Both the position numbers and the translations under genes were made by a program. A stretch of DNA of 63,874 bases, counting the filler, from Craspedostauros australis (taxonomy: Eukaryota): NCBI GenBank assembly GCA_030167865.1. It is 6 parts of 6 records of this genome, joined end to end, with 100 filler letters (N's around TTAATTAATTAA, not from the genome) between each part and the next. Parts side by side here need not be neighbours in the genome. Positions count along the whole stretch, not along the records: positions 1 to 20,514 come from JALAGF010006636.1; 5 more parts are not named here. One strand, 5' to 3'. A model generated the notes under the pieces. It was given only the letters and a program-made list of their open reading frames with translations. It was not told the origin of the DNA and did no database searches. Below are positions 1 through 10,542 of this stretch, one piece after another. Position 1 is the stretch's first letter. Each line of letters opens with the position of its first letter.

Positions 1-1623
1 CCCACAAAGATCTGATCCGAGTTCCGACCATCTTCGTCTTCCGTTCCAGATGATTTGGCGTAGGGACCAACTCAGAGTTGTATCTACCACCTCGACTTTG
101 CTCACAAGGGTAAGCCCTGTCCTGAAGCCCATTCGCAGCCAAGGTGTCGCACTTGCGCATCGAATGCCTTCACAAATACCGAGGGAACAGAATGCTCCAT
201 GTGCACCCAGGTTCTCCGATACGAGGGGGACAAGACAGGGAAGAGAGGGTATCCAAGGCGGTGAAAGTGCTCCTTCAGCTTGATCGGAGAGGTCGGAGTG
301 GAACACAGAGACGGAGACAGAGACAGAGAAGAAGACGAAGACGATGACGAAGGGAAAGAGCTAACTAAGTGGTGCCACCCCACTATCACAACGCCGATCG
401 CGAGACTGTGTCAGATGAACCAAAGGTTTTCTTGATGACGTTGGTGTCCAAAGAAAGAGAGAGGGAGGGAGAGAGAGAGTGTGTGTGTCACGCCGCGAAC
501 TGAGCCAGGCAAGAGTCATGTTTGGCCTTGCGGAGAGCTCACACATGCGATGCTGGATGCCTTTGACGCAGGCCCAGTCAGCTCCTACGGAACTCAGAAC
601 GAAGTCTCTTTTGGTGAAGCAGACCCTTGCACCATGGACAATCGAGGGTGAACCATACATCCTGCCGTGCGCAAATCGCAGTGTGACTGACTGACCACTG
701 TCGCGGCAGTTTCTCACGGAACAGCACCCAATCCGCACTTTGTGATCGGCGGCTTTGGTCAACGTATTCAACTCTGATGGACCTCTCCCTTGGATCATGT
801 CCGCTCACGATCGATCCATCCCAAGTCCATAATGATTGCAAACACTTGCTTCCCAAGAGCGTGATGGTTTCGTATCATCGAACCAGCTTCATGTTTGAAG
901 CACCAATTACAAGCGAATAGAGCGATTGAGGACGCGCCGGTGTTTCCAATTAAACAGTCCCAACAAGCCTTGATTGCTGCTGTTGTTCTTCGTTCGGAAT
1001 AGTCCATTGTTCTCGATCCACTTTGGGCTCGTCTGCGATTCCATTCCATTCTGCTTCTGTCCCATCACCAATACAGGTAGTTACTCTCATTCCCCGTTTC
1101 TTTCTTCTCCTCACGATTTCGTCCAAAGATTTTGCGGATGAGAGCGTCTGCGTGTCTGATTTCTCTCCATCCGCAAAACAGAGACGGCTTCACGCCACCC
1201 ATGTGACCAACCATCGCACCCCCTCTCTGGGCTTGCATGAGTATTGCAGGCAAAGTCGCAGAGGCGCGAGTATCGGTAGTCGTACCCGCACCATGCTCGG
1301 CAATTTGCCAGAGTGTCTGTACTCTCCTCTGCCATACCAACAAACGCACTTGTCTGCCTCTCTGAAGGGCTTGTTGTCTTTCGGAACGGTTCTGCTTCTT
1401 GGCGTTTGACATGAAAAGCGATCCCTTCGTATCTTGTTACGGTGCTGGAAGAGTGAGCCCGCAGTACGTGACAATTATGCACGAAAAAATCCTAGTTGCG
1501 GCTTGGGGGAAGACGGTGTCCATCATCGTCACCCCTCTCTGCGCTCGTGCAAGCATTTGCAGAGACAAGACATCGGGGGCATTCATGAGCGTTTCATCTG
1601 CAGTCGCTCTGCACCAATACTTC

Positions 1624-1650
1624 AGAGAGAGAGAGAGAGAGAGAGAGAGA
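1624..1650. repeat. (AG)n microsatellite
   Basis: Uninterrupted AG dinucleotide run visible in the sequence. Confidence 0.9.
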
Positions 1651-1885
1651 TTCGTCTGTGGGTGCTCTAACGTATTCATGACATGCGTCGGATTTATCTG
1701 TGGATGTGACTTCCCTGCAAGTGCGTCCGCATCTCGGATGTCTCGCAACGAATGAGAGAGGATAGAGCACGCAAAGCAGCAAAACTGTGCAACATCTCCT
1801 GAAGGAATGCACCAAATTCGAGGCACTGTATCTCTGGAGGCTTGTCTGCAATTATGCGCTATCTTTGTAAGGCGATGCGACACAT

Positions 1886-2243
1886 TGTTAAAATAGCGCG
1901 CTGCGGAATCGAACCACGGAGCCAGTCCACGCCGTGCATGAACACAAGAAATTAACGCTTATAACCCATGTCGCGACACCCTCCCTAATTCTTGGATTCA
2001 TGCCCTTGAGCCCCCCTATCATGAGGACCCCCCCACACTCTATCTTTATACTGCCGCTGTAGGCAGTCGGCAAGTTTCGGGTGTTTCTGTGTGTTTTTGT
2101 CGCAGGGGTGGGTACCAGCCGACGGAATCGAACCTTAGGCCACGCTACCATGTTAAAATAGCGCGCTGCGGAATCGAACCACGGAGCCAGTCCACGCCGT
2201 GCATGAACACAAGAAATTAACGCTTATAACCCATGTCGCGACA
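1886..2243 (-). mobile_element. Miniature non-autonomous LTR retrotransposon (TRIM-like), 358 bp
   Basis: Two identical 93-bp direct repeats (1886-1978, 2151-2243) with TG...CA ends. 6-bp TSD ACACAT at 1880-1885 and 2244-2249. On the minus strand, PBS TGGTAGCGTGG lies directly after the 5' LTR (2150-2140) and purine tract AGGGAGGG directly before the 3' LTR (1986-1979). The 172-bp interior has no recognisable retroelement coding sequence. Confidence 0.92.
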
Positions 2244-4042
2244 ACACATGCCGCAGTCTGGATCTTGGAGACGCAGCCGCCTGTTTCTGTTTGGCTCTCG
2301 CTTGCTATCAAATCGAGCGCAATGGTCTCCAATCGTTCGTATCGGAGGATCTGCGACCGCAGGACACCTACCAGGATCAGCAGATCGGGTATGCCTTGAC
2401 CGCACAGTATGTCGTATCGTTCCTGCGCTGTGAGCGGAATGCAGCTGCTGTCGATCGCGTCTTCGCGGTTGCTCGGGTTCTCTCCGTCGTCAGGACGGAC
2501 GAAGATGGCCCGCCATCGTTGCTCTCGGTGAAGAAGCTTCTGTTTCTTGAGTTCCAAAGCACTAGCCGTCGGGTTGCCTTGGCTGTGGCGAGTCATCTCG
2601 TACTCATCAATTGCAGCGCTCCATTGTGCAACGGGCATCCAATCCAGTGTAAGGGCAGGGCCCTGGATCACTTCCTCAAGCCCAAGAGTTGTCGGCATCT
2701 CTCGCACTGTGACTGTCGAGAAGTGTACGAGTTGATCGATGGCGTCGTTGTCTTCTCCAGGACCGTGGACTGGCGTGTCGCATTCGTGGAGGACCATCTT
2801 TGGTTTATTCCCTTTGATGCTGCCACGTGAGATAACAGCCCCATCCCCGCTTGGTCCTGTCCACTGCAGCGCCGTCACGTCCTTCCTGACGAGTGAAGGT
2901 CCCAAGCCGGACTCGCTCTCGCCACAGCGCTCTCCATCCCTCTCCTGCTGTTCAGCATTGTTGCGACGTTGGTGAACTCCAACTCCAGGTTGGATATTGA
3001 CTTTGTGGAAACGGATGCTGTCAATAGGGCGCTGTTGGCTACCCTCACTGTGGCCGTCGTCGCTGCCGCATCCCTCCAACCCACCATAGCCGTCATCACA
3101 TTCGTAGCCGTCGTATTCGTCACCCCAACTGAACGAGCTCTCGAGATTGTCGGTTTCCGACGCGTCGTCTGCTGGTGGCCCCACACGACGCAGCAGCGGG
3201 GGCTCGGGTGGCAATTGGAAGTCTGCATCACATCTACGCGCGTCGCGACTTGCGCTGCATGCAGTCATGGTCTTGTCATGGTCCGCTGCGTCCGCAGCGA
3301 AAAAGTTCATGACGGATGTCGGTGATTTCCTCTGCGTTCGGGATGACGGGAACCTCGAGATGCATGGAGAAGGCGAAAGCCCCATCACGGTCGGCACGAT
3401 GAGGGATGTCACGGAATAGCAATGGGTGCTTTCGTCCAGACCGTTGCAAGAGTAGGCGTCTCTCGGATAACGCTGTTCATGCTTGGAAGTGATAGTGCGA
3501 GATCTTGTGTTACTGTGGTTGCTGCTACCCACGCTGATGACTGGAGTATCCTCCGTTCGAATCGTGTCGTCGTTCATGCCATCATGACTACCATTGTACG
3601 TGCTGTAGTCGTCGTCACTATTGCCGATGGCATCAAGAGCAGCTATCGTTTCGGTGTCCGTGATGCTGCTATGCGTGGTGTGCGCGGAGATGTGGGATTG
3701 GATAATGCTGCCGCCCCACTGAGGTTGCCTCGCTGCACGCGATGTATGTGATACGTGCGACAGCACCGATTTGCTGGAACTCTGCCGCAGCGTATCGAGC
3801 TTGCTTTGTGCGAGTTGGTACATGATCCACCAGCTGCGGACAGTGCTCGCAAAAGGTTCCTTTTGTTGGTTGTGTTGCTGCTGATGCTTGAGCTTGATGG
3901 TTGGGAATTGTGGGAAATTCGTCACGGCTCGAGTGGTTGCTATGTTGGCGTCGCAGGAGTATCGCATGAGTGCAGGTTGGTGCTGATGTGCAAGAACATG
4001 GTGTTGCTGTACCATACGATGGGCAAGTCTCGCTTCTTTCAT
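2153..4042 (-). CDS. VxF/CSRNP-N-like module protein, paralog 1; C-terminus altered by the TRIM insertion
   Basis: 629-aa ORF with a low-complexity N-terminal part. Module: LVHFSTVTVREMPTTLG...GPALTLDW...IDEYE...PLTAQERYDIL..QGI...RLET. The last ~30 codons come from the LTR. Confidence 0.8.
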   Translation of the reverse strand: MKEARLAHRMVQQHHVLAHQHQPALMRYSCDANIATTRAVTNFPQFPTIKLKHQQQHNQQKEPFASTVRSWWIMYQLAQSKLDTLRQSSSKSVLSHVSHTSRAARQPQWGGSIIQSHISAHTTHSSITDTETIAALDAIGNSDDDYSTYNGSHDGMNDDTIRTEDTPVISVGSSNHSNTRSRTITSKHEQRYPRDAYSCNGLDESTHCYSVTSLIVPTVMGLSPSPCISRFPSSRTQRKSPTSVMNFFAADAADHDKTMTACSASRDARRCDADFQLPPEPPLLRRVGPPADDASETDNLESSFSWGDEYDGYECDDGYGGLEGCGSDDGHSEGSQQRPIDSIRFHKVNIQPGVGVHQRRNNAEQQERDGERCGESESGLGPSLVRKDVTALQWTGPSGDGAVISRGSIKGNKPKMVLHECDTPVHGPGEDNDAIDQLVHFSTVTVREMPTTLGLEEVIQGPALTLDWMPVAQWSAAIDEYEMTRHSQGNPTASALELKKQKLLHREQRWRAIFVRPDDGENPSNREDAIDSSCIPLTAQERYDILCGQGIPDLLILVGVLRSQILRYERLETIALDLIASESQTETGGCVSKIQTAACVVATWVISVNFLCSCTAWTGSVVRFRSALF

Positions 4043-4789
4043 TCACGTCGCGACTCGAGTCAATCGCACAGTGTGGCTGTGGTAGGCAAGGTGGGTCTTG
4101 CATCATCATGATCACACAGGCACACGAATGGTTGCACGAGGAAGCAAAAGGTGCTGTTGCCCAATCCATTGCTGAGTGTCGGTCGCACACTCCCACTGGT
4201 ACAAACGGGAATTCGGGATTGGCCACGAGATGTGCCTGCCTTCTGATGGACTTGCGGCGCGATCATTCCGTGCCGCTCCATGATTCGTCTTTTGGCGTTG
4301 TCCACCGCTCCGCTCCACACTCCACTACCTACATTTCGCTGGAGTGTGTTTGCGTTGGTTCTGCACCCGCGCGTCATCACTTCGGTTGTATGCAGCCAGA
4401 CCAAATTCAATTTGTGAGGGCCCGAGTTGGCGAACCCTGCAATCGCCCTTCTTTCACGGATCCATAAAGAAGGCTCGTCTATGGAGAAATGGCGTTGGTC
4501 TTCGTGCGTGAAGTTTTGACGACTTGTTTGTTGGACGCTCTTTTCCTTCAATGGTCGCACAAGCCAACACTTCACAACACGAAGCACAAGTACATGTGAT
4601 GCGTTGTGTAAGTTGGAAGCAGAGCAACCACATCGTGATCAGGTGATCTCTATCCTTTCCCATTGCTCACAAACTATTTCATTGCATTGCATTGCATACA
4701 GGCATCGAAGCTATCGCGCACCCGATGAGTGATATGTTGGCTTTGAACCATGTTGTATCCTCGTACAATGCGTTCTATTTACTCACGTT

Positions 4790-7429
4790 CTAGCTAGCCC
4801 GTGAAGGCATGCCCCTGCTTCGATCACGTTTCGGCTTTGCCATGCGCTTTGGCACTCTCGCCGCCTTCTTCTTGCGGCGCGTTTCACCACCGGGTTCCGG
4901 CGGTTGTGCCGCTTCTCTGCCGCTGTCCACTTCGTACAGTTCGTCTTCGTCGTCGTACTCGTAGTCGTCTTCGTCGCTGCTGAAGCTCCTGTCATCAGAA
5001 TCGTAGCTGCGATCATCTCTGCGTCGACCTGGATTGCCGCTGGGTTGTGGCAACGCTCGGCGTCTGGCCCTAGATCGAGATCGAGCCCTGCTCTTGTCTC
5101 TGGGGCGTCGTTCCGCATTGGAAGCAAGCTGCTTCTCGGCAGCCAGCGGTCGTGTGCGGGCCGGCGATTTGTGTCGTGCGCCAGCTCGCACGCGGCTGCG
5201 GGATCGTCCACGGTGCTGCCGATCTTCTGGCTCGTCTCGAATTGGGTGCGCCGCAACCTCCTGGTTTTTGTTGGTGGTGTTGCGGGCACGCGATCGCGAT
5301 CTGCCACGAGCAGTTCGGACACGCGATTGGGAGCGTCCCCTGGATCGTTCTGGCTGCGGTTTTCCTCGTCCATGTGAGGAGGAGCCATCGTCGTTGCTTG
5401 CCATCGAGGCTGTGACAGGTGATAGGATGGTCGATGCGGGTGCGTGCATTTGGGGCTGCGGTTGCTGTGGCGGTGGCGGGTGTTCGTATGGATACCTCTC
5501 CTGCTGTTGCTGCTGTTCGTACATTGGGTAAGCGTTCGGCTGTTGCGGATAGTGCTGCTGTGGCTGCGGAGGATGATGGTATTCTGGACCATACGGTGGT
5601 TGCGCATATCCCTGCGGATGGTGGTATGGCAGCGGTTGCATTGGAAGCTGATGATCTTGCGCATAGGCCTGGTTGTACGGCGGTGGATGGCCATGCGGGT
5701 AGCCTTGGTTGTATGTCTGTGGTGGCGGCGGTGGCTGCGGCGGATAGTGCTGTGCGTAAGCTGGATCGTAGGCCGGTTGTTGGTAGTTGGGGCCGTATCC
5801 CTGTGGCTGTCGATAGTCCGGTGGGTATCCCTGACCATACGGTTGTGGCTGGTGATAGTCTGGTGCGGGTTGCGGTGGATATGGCGGATTGGGCTGCTGT
5901 TGCTGCTGCATGGGAGGTGGATACGGCACTTGGATCTGCGCCACAGGTTTGTTGAAGTCCTCGTCATGTCCCTTCGAACGAAGCTCATGCCGGTCATCAT
6001 CCAGCTTCTTCTCATCGTGGTCTCGACTACGGCGCATATCATGATTGCTCATGTTGCCGCTGCTGATCGTGTCGTGATCGTCGTCTGCAGGCTTGTGCTT
6101 GTGGCGGTCATCATTGGCCTTGACACTGGTCTTGACCTTGACATTGGCAGGTTCTTTCGCAATCACCTTGGCGACGTCGTCCTTGACATCCGCCTTGACA
6201 TCATCCACGACATTGTCCTGCAGGTTCATCTTTTGTGGAAACTTGTCGACCATCTCATCGATCTTGTCCTCCTTGGTCGCACGCCGTCGTCGCATCAACG
6301 CTTGACGCGACAGCTTGGGCCGCTGCAACACCGTCGGTGAAAAGAGACTCTTGAATTGCGACACGTTATCGAGATGATCCAACAACCTGGTTTCCAATCG
6401 CTGTTGCAACACGACATGCGAATCCATGGTGGCTTGACGAATGGCGTCCCACGACACGCCGTTATCGCGCAGCAGCTTCTGCCGTTGTGTCGCCGACAAT
6501 GGCATACATTCGTCGTCATCGTCGTCATCATCATCGCGCTGCGTCTTGCGCCCATCGACACGCATTTGCAGATGCAAATAGAAATCTTCGTCTTCGCCCG
6601 CGTCGGTCTCGATATGCGGCACGGCCAAACGTTGGATACGATCCATCTCATCGATGGAAACGACGCAGCAATCGCTGGGAACCCATGCCATCGTGATGGG
6701 CGGTCCGTACATGACGGGGATATCGCCGACGGTCGTGGGGAAGAAGATGAGGTCGACATTGGAGAATCGGACGTTGCGTTTGGCACGTGGTTTCTTTTTC
6801 ATCATGCCGAAATCCCGATCATCTTCGTCATCGAGATGCGTGGGGCGGCTTTGACGCGGGCGGACGTTGGTTGTGGGGCTCGTGTGGATGCTGGCGTTAT
6901 CGGCATTCATGGGACGGTTCGGACTGAGTTTCCGCGAAGGCATAGTGAGTTTCTGTGGATGAGAAGGAACGAACGGTCTGCGTTGCGGAGGCAGACTGGA
7001 ATCATCCTGATGGAAATCGCCGTTGCGAGCGCCGTTGATGCGATTGCCAGTGTCATTGCTGTTGGTCGATCTCCTCATGCTGTTGACACCACGATCGTGG
7101 AGACTCGCGCTCTTTTTATCGTACTTGTCGTATTCGTATGGAGAAGAAGCGTTGCGATCCTGGTTTGCATTGATGGCCGAATTTCGGCGTCGACCAGCAT
7201 CGTACTGTCGGCCCAGCTGCGATGGGTGTTGTTGTGATGGCTGCTGGTGCTGCTGCTGCTGCTGCTGCTGTGGACGAGGTTGTTGCGATGGGTGAAGCCG
7301 TCGAGGCTGATGAGGCTGCCTTTGATGTGGATGTAGTTGATGTGGTTGATGTGGCTGCCTGTCATAAGAATCCGGTGGATTGCCATGATCATAGGCTTCC
7401 TCCATCGACCTTCGTCTGTGCATGCTCAT
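4790..7429 (-). CDS. VxF/CSRNP-N-like module protein, paralog 2, with Q/P/Y-rich and RS-rich regions
   Basis: 879-aa ORF. Central module KRNVRFSNVDLIFFPTTVGDIP..GPPITMAW...IDEMD...PLSATQRQKLLRDNGVS...QQRLETRLLD, followed by YPPQP-type repeats and RGRSRSR-type repeats. Confidence 0.82.
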   Translation of the reverse strand: MSMHRRRSMEEAYDHGNPPDSYDRQPHQPHQLHPHQRQPHQPRRLHPSQQPRPQQQQQQQHQQPSQQHPSQLGRQYDAGRRRNSAINANQDRNASSPYEYDKYDKKSASLHDRGVNSMRRSTNSNDTGNRINGARNGDFHQDDSSLPPQRRPFVPSHPQKLTMPSRKLSPNRPMNADNASIHTSPTTNVRPRQSRPTHLDDEDDRDFGMMKKKPRAKRNVRFSNVDLIFFPTTVGDIPVMYGPPITMAWVPSDCCVVSIDEMDRIQRLAVPHIETDAGEDEDFYLHLQMRVDGRKTQRDDDDDDDDECMPLSATQRQKLLRDNGVSWDAIRQATMDSHVVLQQRLETRLLDHLDNVSQFKSLFSPTVLQRPKLSRQALMRRRRATKEDKIDEMVDKFPQKMNLQDNVVDDVKADVKDDVAKVIAKEPANVKVKTSVKANDDRHKHKPADDDHDTISSGNMSNHDMRRSRDHDEKKLDDDRHELRSKGHDEDFNKPVAQIQVPYPPPMQQQQQPNPPYPPQPAPDYHQPQPYGQGYPPDYRQPQGYGPNYQQPAYDPAYAQHYPPQPPPPPQTYNQGYPHGHPPPYNQAYAQDHQLPMQPLPYHHPQGYAQPPYGPEYHHPPQPQQHYPQQPNAYPMYEQQQQQERYPYEHPPPPQQPQPQMHAPASTILSPVTASMASNDDGSSSHGRGKPQPERSRGRSQSRVRTARGRSRSRARNTTNKNQEVAAHPIRDEPEDRQHRGRSRSRVRAGARHKSPARTRPLAAEKQLASNAERRPRDKSRARSRSRARRRALPQPSGNPGRRRDDRSYDSDDRSFSSDEDDYEYDDEDELYEVDSGREAAQPPEPGGETRRKKKAARVPKRMAKPKRDRSRGMPSRAS

Positions 7430-8496
7430 TGTATCAACCCGCAGCTAGGATCGCTTGCGTGGTCGTATGGTCCCTGCCCAATGGTATGAACCTGCCGATC
7501 TTCGGTTCTCGGTCGCCTTCGATCGAAGTGAAGTCCAAAGAACACGCTCGTCACCAATGCTGAAATCAAGTCAAGCCAAACAGAGGAGATGAATGACCCA
7601 ACGAATCAATGAATGCTTCAAAAGTGGTGAAAGCGTGAAGATCTCCTGGACGGTCTCGGATGCCGACGGCTCTGGATGCTGCTTGTGAGGGTGTGATAGC
7701 TCTGTGAGAATGAGCAGTTGGACGTATCCTTGGGAGACTCTTCTTTGAGCACAAGCTCTTGCGTCGACGATCAAGATTGTGCATGTGTTGATTTCAAAGC
7801 ACAATAAATCGTTCTCTGTGTAGATGTGTGGTGGTGATTGCGTGTTTCTCTTCGCGGTTGGTGCACACGCAGACATGCGCTCTTTTCGCTCACTTTTTGT
7901 GCAGTCACAGCATGTCACGAAGAAGAGTTGGCGCACCCACGCTCATGCTCATTGGCCATCCAGTTTACAAAGTGACAGTATTGCCACCGAGAGGCTTAGG
8001 TGACTGTACCCGTTGGAGTTCTTCGAACAGCACAGCCACGATGTGCCAAAGCGCATTGCGATAACAGTACGGGAGTCACATGTCCATTCGAGACATAGCG
8101 ACCGTTAACAGTTTGTGTCATGGAGAAACAGGTGCGGAAATAGGCGCAAGAGAAACTTGTTTTCTTCTGGGACGAGTGTAGATTCGTTCGACTCAGACGA
8201 CTCGTGTGGATCCAACAGGTGCGACCAAGGGCTGCGCGCTTTTGTTTCTGTTGTGAATCTCTATGATCCAAACACCCTTTCTTGCTTCATTCGGCTTCCA
8301 CATGTGTTGTCCTCGCGCAAATGCCTTCAAAAGCACCAACTCCATCACACGGCACGAGTAGCGCAGTGACTGTTAATGTCTATTCCACTCAAGGTCCTAC
8401 AGCATGACATCACCGTTGCGTCCATTGTCGAGTATCGAAGAAAAATCCTGCTATTGTTTATGCTTCGTCTGCTGCTTGCGTTGCGTTCCTCTGCCT

Positions 8497-9372
8497 TCAT
8501 AGGCCATATCTGTATCGTGCCGCCCTTACACGAATGTCCCGGCGTGCCCGATGGCGCAGCTTCTCCTCCATCGACTCGATGCGGACATGCAAGGCCGTTT
8601 GCAGTCGCTGATGGTACAAAAACGCCGCTTGCGCCGTGGCTCGTCCAATCTCGTCAACTCCCGCCCCCGTGTCGATCAGCAGATGGTATCGTTGTTCGGC
8701 AGACAATGGTTGCATTCGGGTGGGATACATCGCACCGCGCTTGTATTGCTTGATGCCTTCCCACCGCGTCACATGCAACTGCGTGCTGTGGCATGCCTTC
8801 CACTCGATGGTGATCGGTGGACCGTCGGCGATGGGCTCGGCGCCCAGTATCATCGCGTGCTGGTGGATTGTGACGGTGGAGAAATGCACGCGGCGCGGTG
8901 GTAGAAGTGGTCGCTCATGAGCGGCATGATCAACGTGGTGACTGGCAACAGATTCGTCGTCGTCGTCGTCGTCTTGGCATTGCGTGGCAGTGCCGAAGCT
9001 TGAAAAATCGGAACGCTCCGTGGGTTCGGTTGCGACGCTGTAGTCTGTGGGATCAAAGCGCTTTGCACCAGTGGAGTCAACACATTTGGATTTGGGTGAT
9101 GCTGGTTGCTGTACCGATGTGAAGCAGCACTTTGGTGTTGTGCGCGTCGTGACGCTCGGCGTTGTTGTAACAATGGTGATGTCCTTTATTGGATAGTCGA
9201 TGCATCTGTCGCTGGTGTTGGCGTGGCGTCTGTTCAATGGCGACGTAGGGGAAGAAGTTGACTCGATGGACAAATCGGAGGAGGTGGACTCCAATGAAAC
9301 GGCATCGATGTCATCGCACGCCTCCAACGTCTTGCGATTTCTTCTGAAGGATGGGTATGCTGTTGCCGTCAT
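8497..9372 (-). CDS. VxF/CSRNP-N-like module protein, paralog 3
   Basis: Lies within ORF 8497-9885; the ATG at 9372 (MTATAYPSFRR) is chosen as the likely start. Module RRVHFSTVTIHQHAMILGAEP..DGPPITIEW...PLSAEQRYHLLIDTG...QRLQT. Confidence 0.8.
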   Translation of the reverse strand: MTATAYPSFRRNRKTLEACDDIDAVSLESTSSDLSIESTSSPTSPLNRRHANTSDRCIDYPIKDITIVTTTPSVTTRTTPKCCFTSVQQPASPKSKCVDSTGAKRFDPTDYSVATEPTERSDFSSFGTATQCQDDDDDDESVASHHVDHAAHERPLLPPRRVHFSTVTIHQHAMILGAEPIADGPPITIEWKACHSTQLHVTRWEGIKQYKRGAMYPTRMQPLSAEQRYHLLIDTGAGVDEIGRATAQAAFLYHQRLQTALHVRIESMEEKLRHRARRDIRVRAARYRYGL

Positions 9373-10170
9373 TGCAGAGATGCGAGTTCTGACGCCTGCT
9401 TCGGGCTTGCGTTTGTGAGTTTGTGGGTTTGTGGGAGTGTGGGTTTGCCTTTGGATTTGTCCTCTTACGTTTGGATCTGTGCGTAGATGAGCACTGCAAC
9501 ACATCACCTCTCCAAGTACCGACTGCGCACGAGTATCAGCACCAGCGTTTATGAGTGCGAGTACCAGAGCAGTTCTGCAGCCAAACGCTGGAGCTCCTCC
9601 AAGATTCGGAGTTGGCGTCGAAGCACCGCATCTGAAACATGCGCTGGGTACTCGCGCTCTTAGCCAATGGCTTTGCTCATCCACATCTGGAGGCGTTGAT
9701 GATGTTTTGTTGTTCGCACACACCCACGGATGGCGTGGACGGTCTTCTCTTTTTCGCATGGTTTGGATCCGTGGCGAGCCCAAAGGCGGAAATTGTCGAA
9801 GCGTCATTTTGTGAACAGAAGTTGCACAAGAACGTTGGTGAAACAGACAGCATCTGCACGACATTTCAGACTTATTGAAGGACAAGCCATATTTATCAAT
9901 GAGTCCCTTGTGACATGATGTATGTCGTTGACAATCATGAAGAAGCCAATTTCTTGTCTGATTCGACTTCTTGACAGAAAGCGGGCTTCGCTGTTCTTCC
10001 AGGTATCCATGGAATGATTCTGGCGGGCAGCCGAGTCCCTTTCACTCCTCAACATGCGAACAAAGACTGATCTGGACCAGCTGACACTCTCGTGCGGTGG
10101 AGGCAGCGCTTTGGTTGGGTTAGCCCAGTAATCGCTGGCCTTGGGCCAATCAGTCCCTCCAGTTGTGCGA

Positions 10171-10542
10171 CTAGACGGTGAAGTTTAACGAGAGGCGGAT
10201 GCGTGGACGGTAACAACACCGCATGGCACACCCTTGGTCTCGACGAAGTCGTCTCGCGTCTTGCGAGATACTTGTTGCGGATGCAGCCGCTGCGCTCAAA
10301 GAAACGAGGGCCGGGCATGGTACTCGTGGAATGGAAGGACAAGACATCATACGCAGGTACAAGTGATGTGGCTTTCCTTCGGCTGTGACTTGATGCTCTT
10401 CCGAAATGGAACCACAACCAGCAACAGGATACGACCGATCGATCACATCGACTTCGTCAAACATCAAGGTGGCGGCTGAAGCCTCAGCTGACAGGGAACA
10501 ACAAAGGAGCAAACGAAAGAGCAAGCGAAGAGCCTGATTCAT
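10171..10542 (-). CDS. Possible small secreted protein (hypothetical)
   Basis: ATG at 10542 begins a signal-peptide-like stretch MNQALRLLFRLLLCCSLSAEASA. No family recognised. Confidence 0.25.
   Translation of the reverse strand: MNQALRLLFRLLLCCSLSAEASAATLMFDEVDVIDRSYPVAGCGSISEEHQVTAEGKPHHLYLRMMSCPSIPRVPCPALVSLSAAAASATSISQDARRLRRDQGCAMRCCYRPRIRLSLNFTV

Noticed and set aside
1..1880. Short overlapping ORFs on both strands
   Set aside because: No recognisable motif or consistent exon chain; cannot support a gene call.
1888..2151. 87-aa ORF sharing its C-terminus with paralog 1
   Set aside because: It lies wholly inside the TRIM, and the shared tail is just the duplicated LTR.
2120..2200. Possible tRNA gene (B-box, CCA end)
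   Set aside because: No full cloverleaf can be built; the features belong to the retroelement PBS and LTR.
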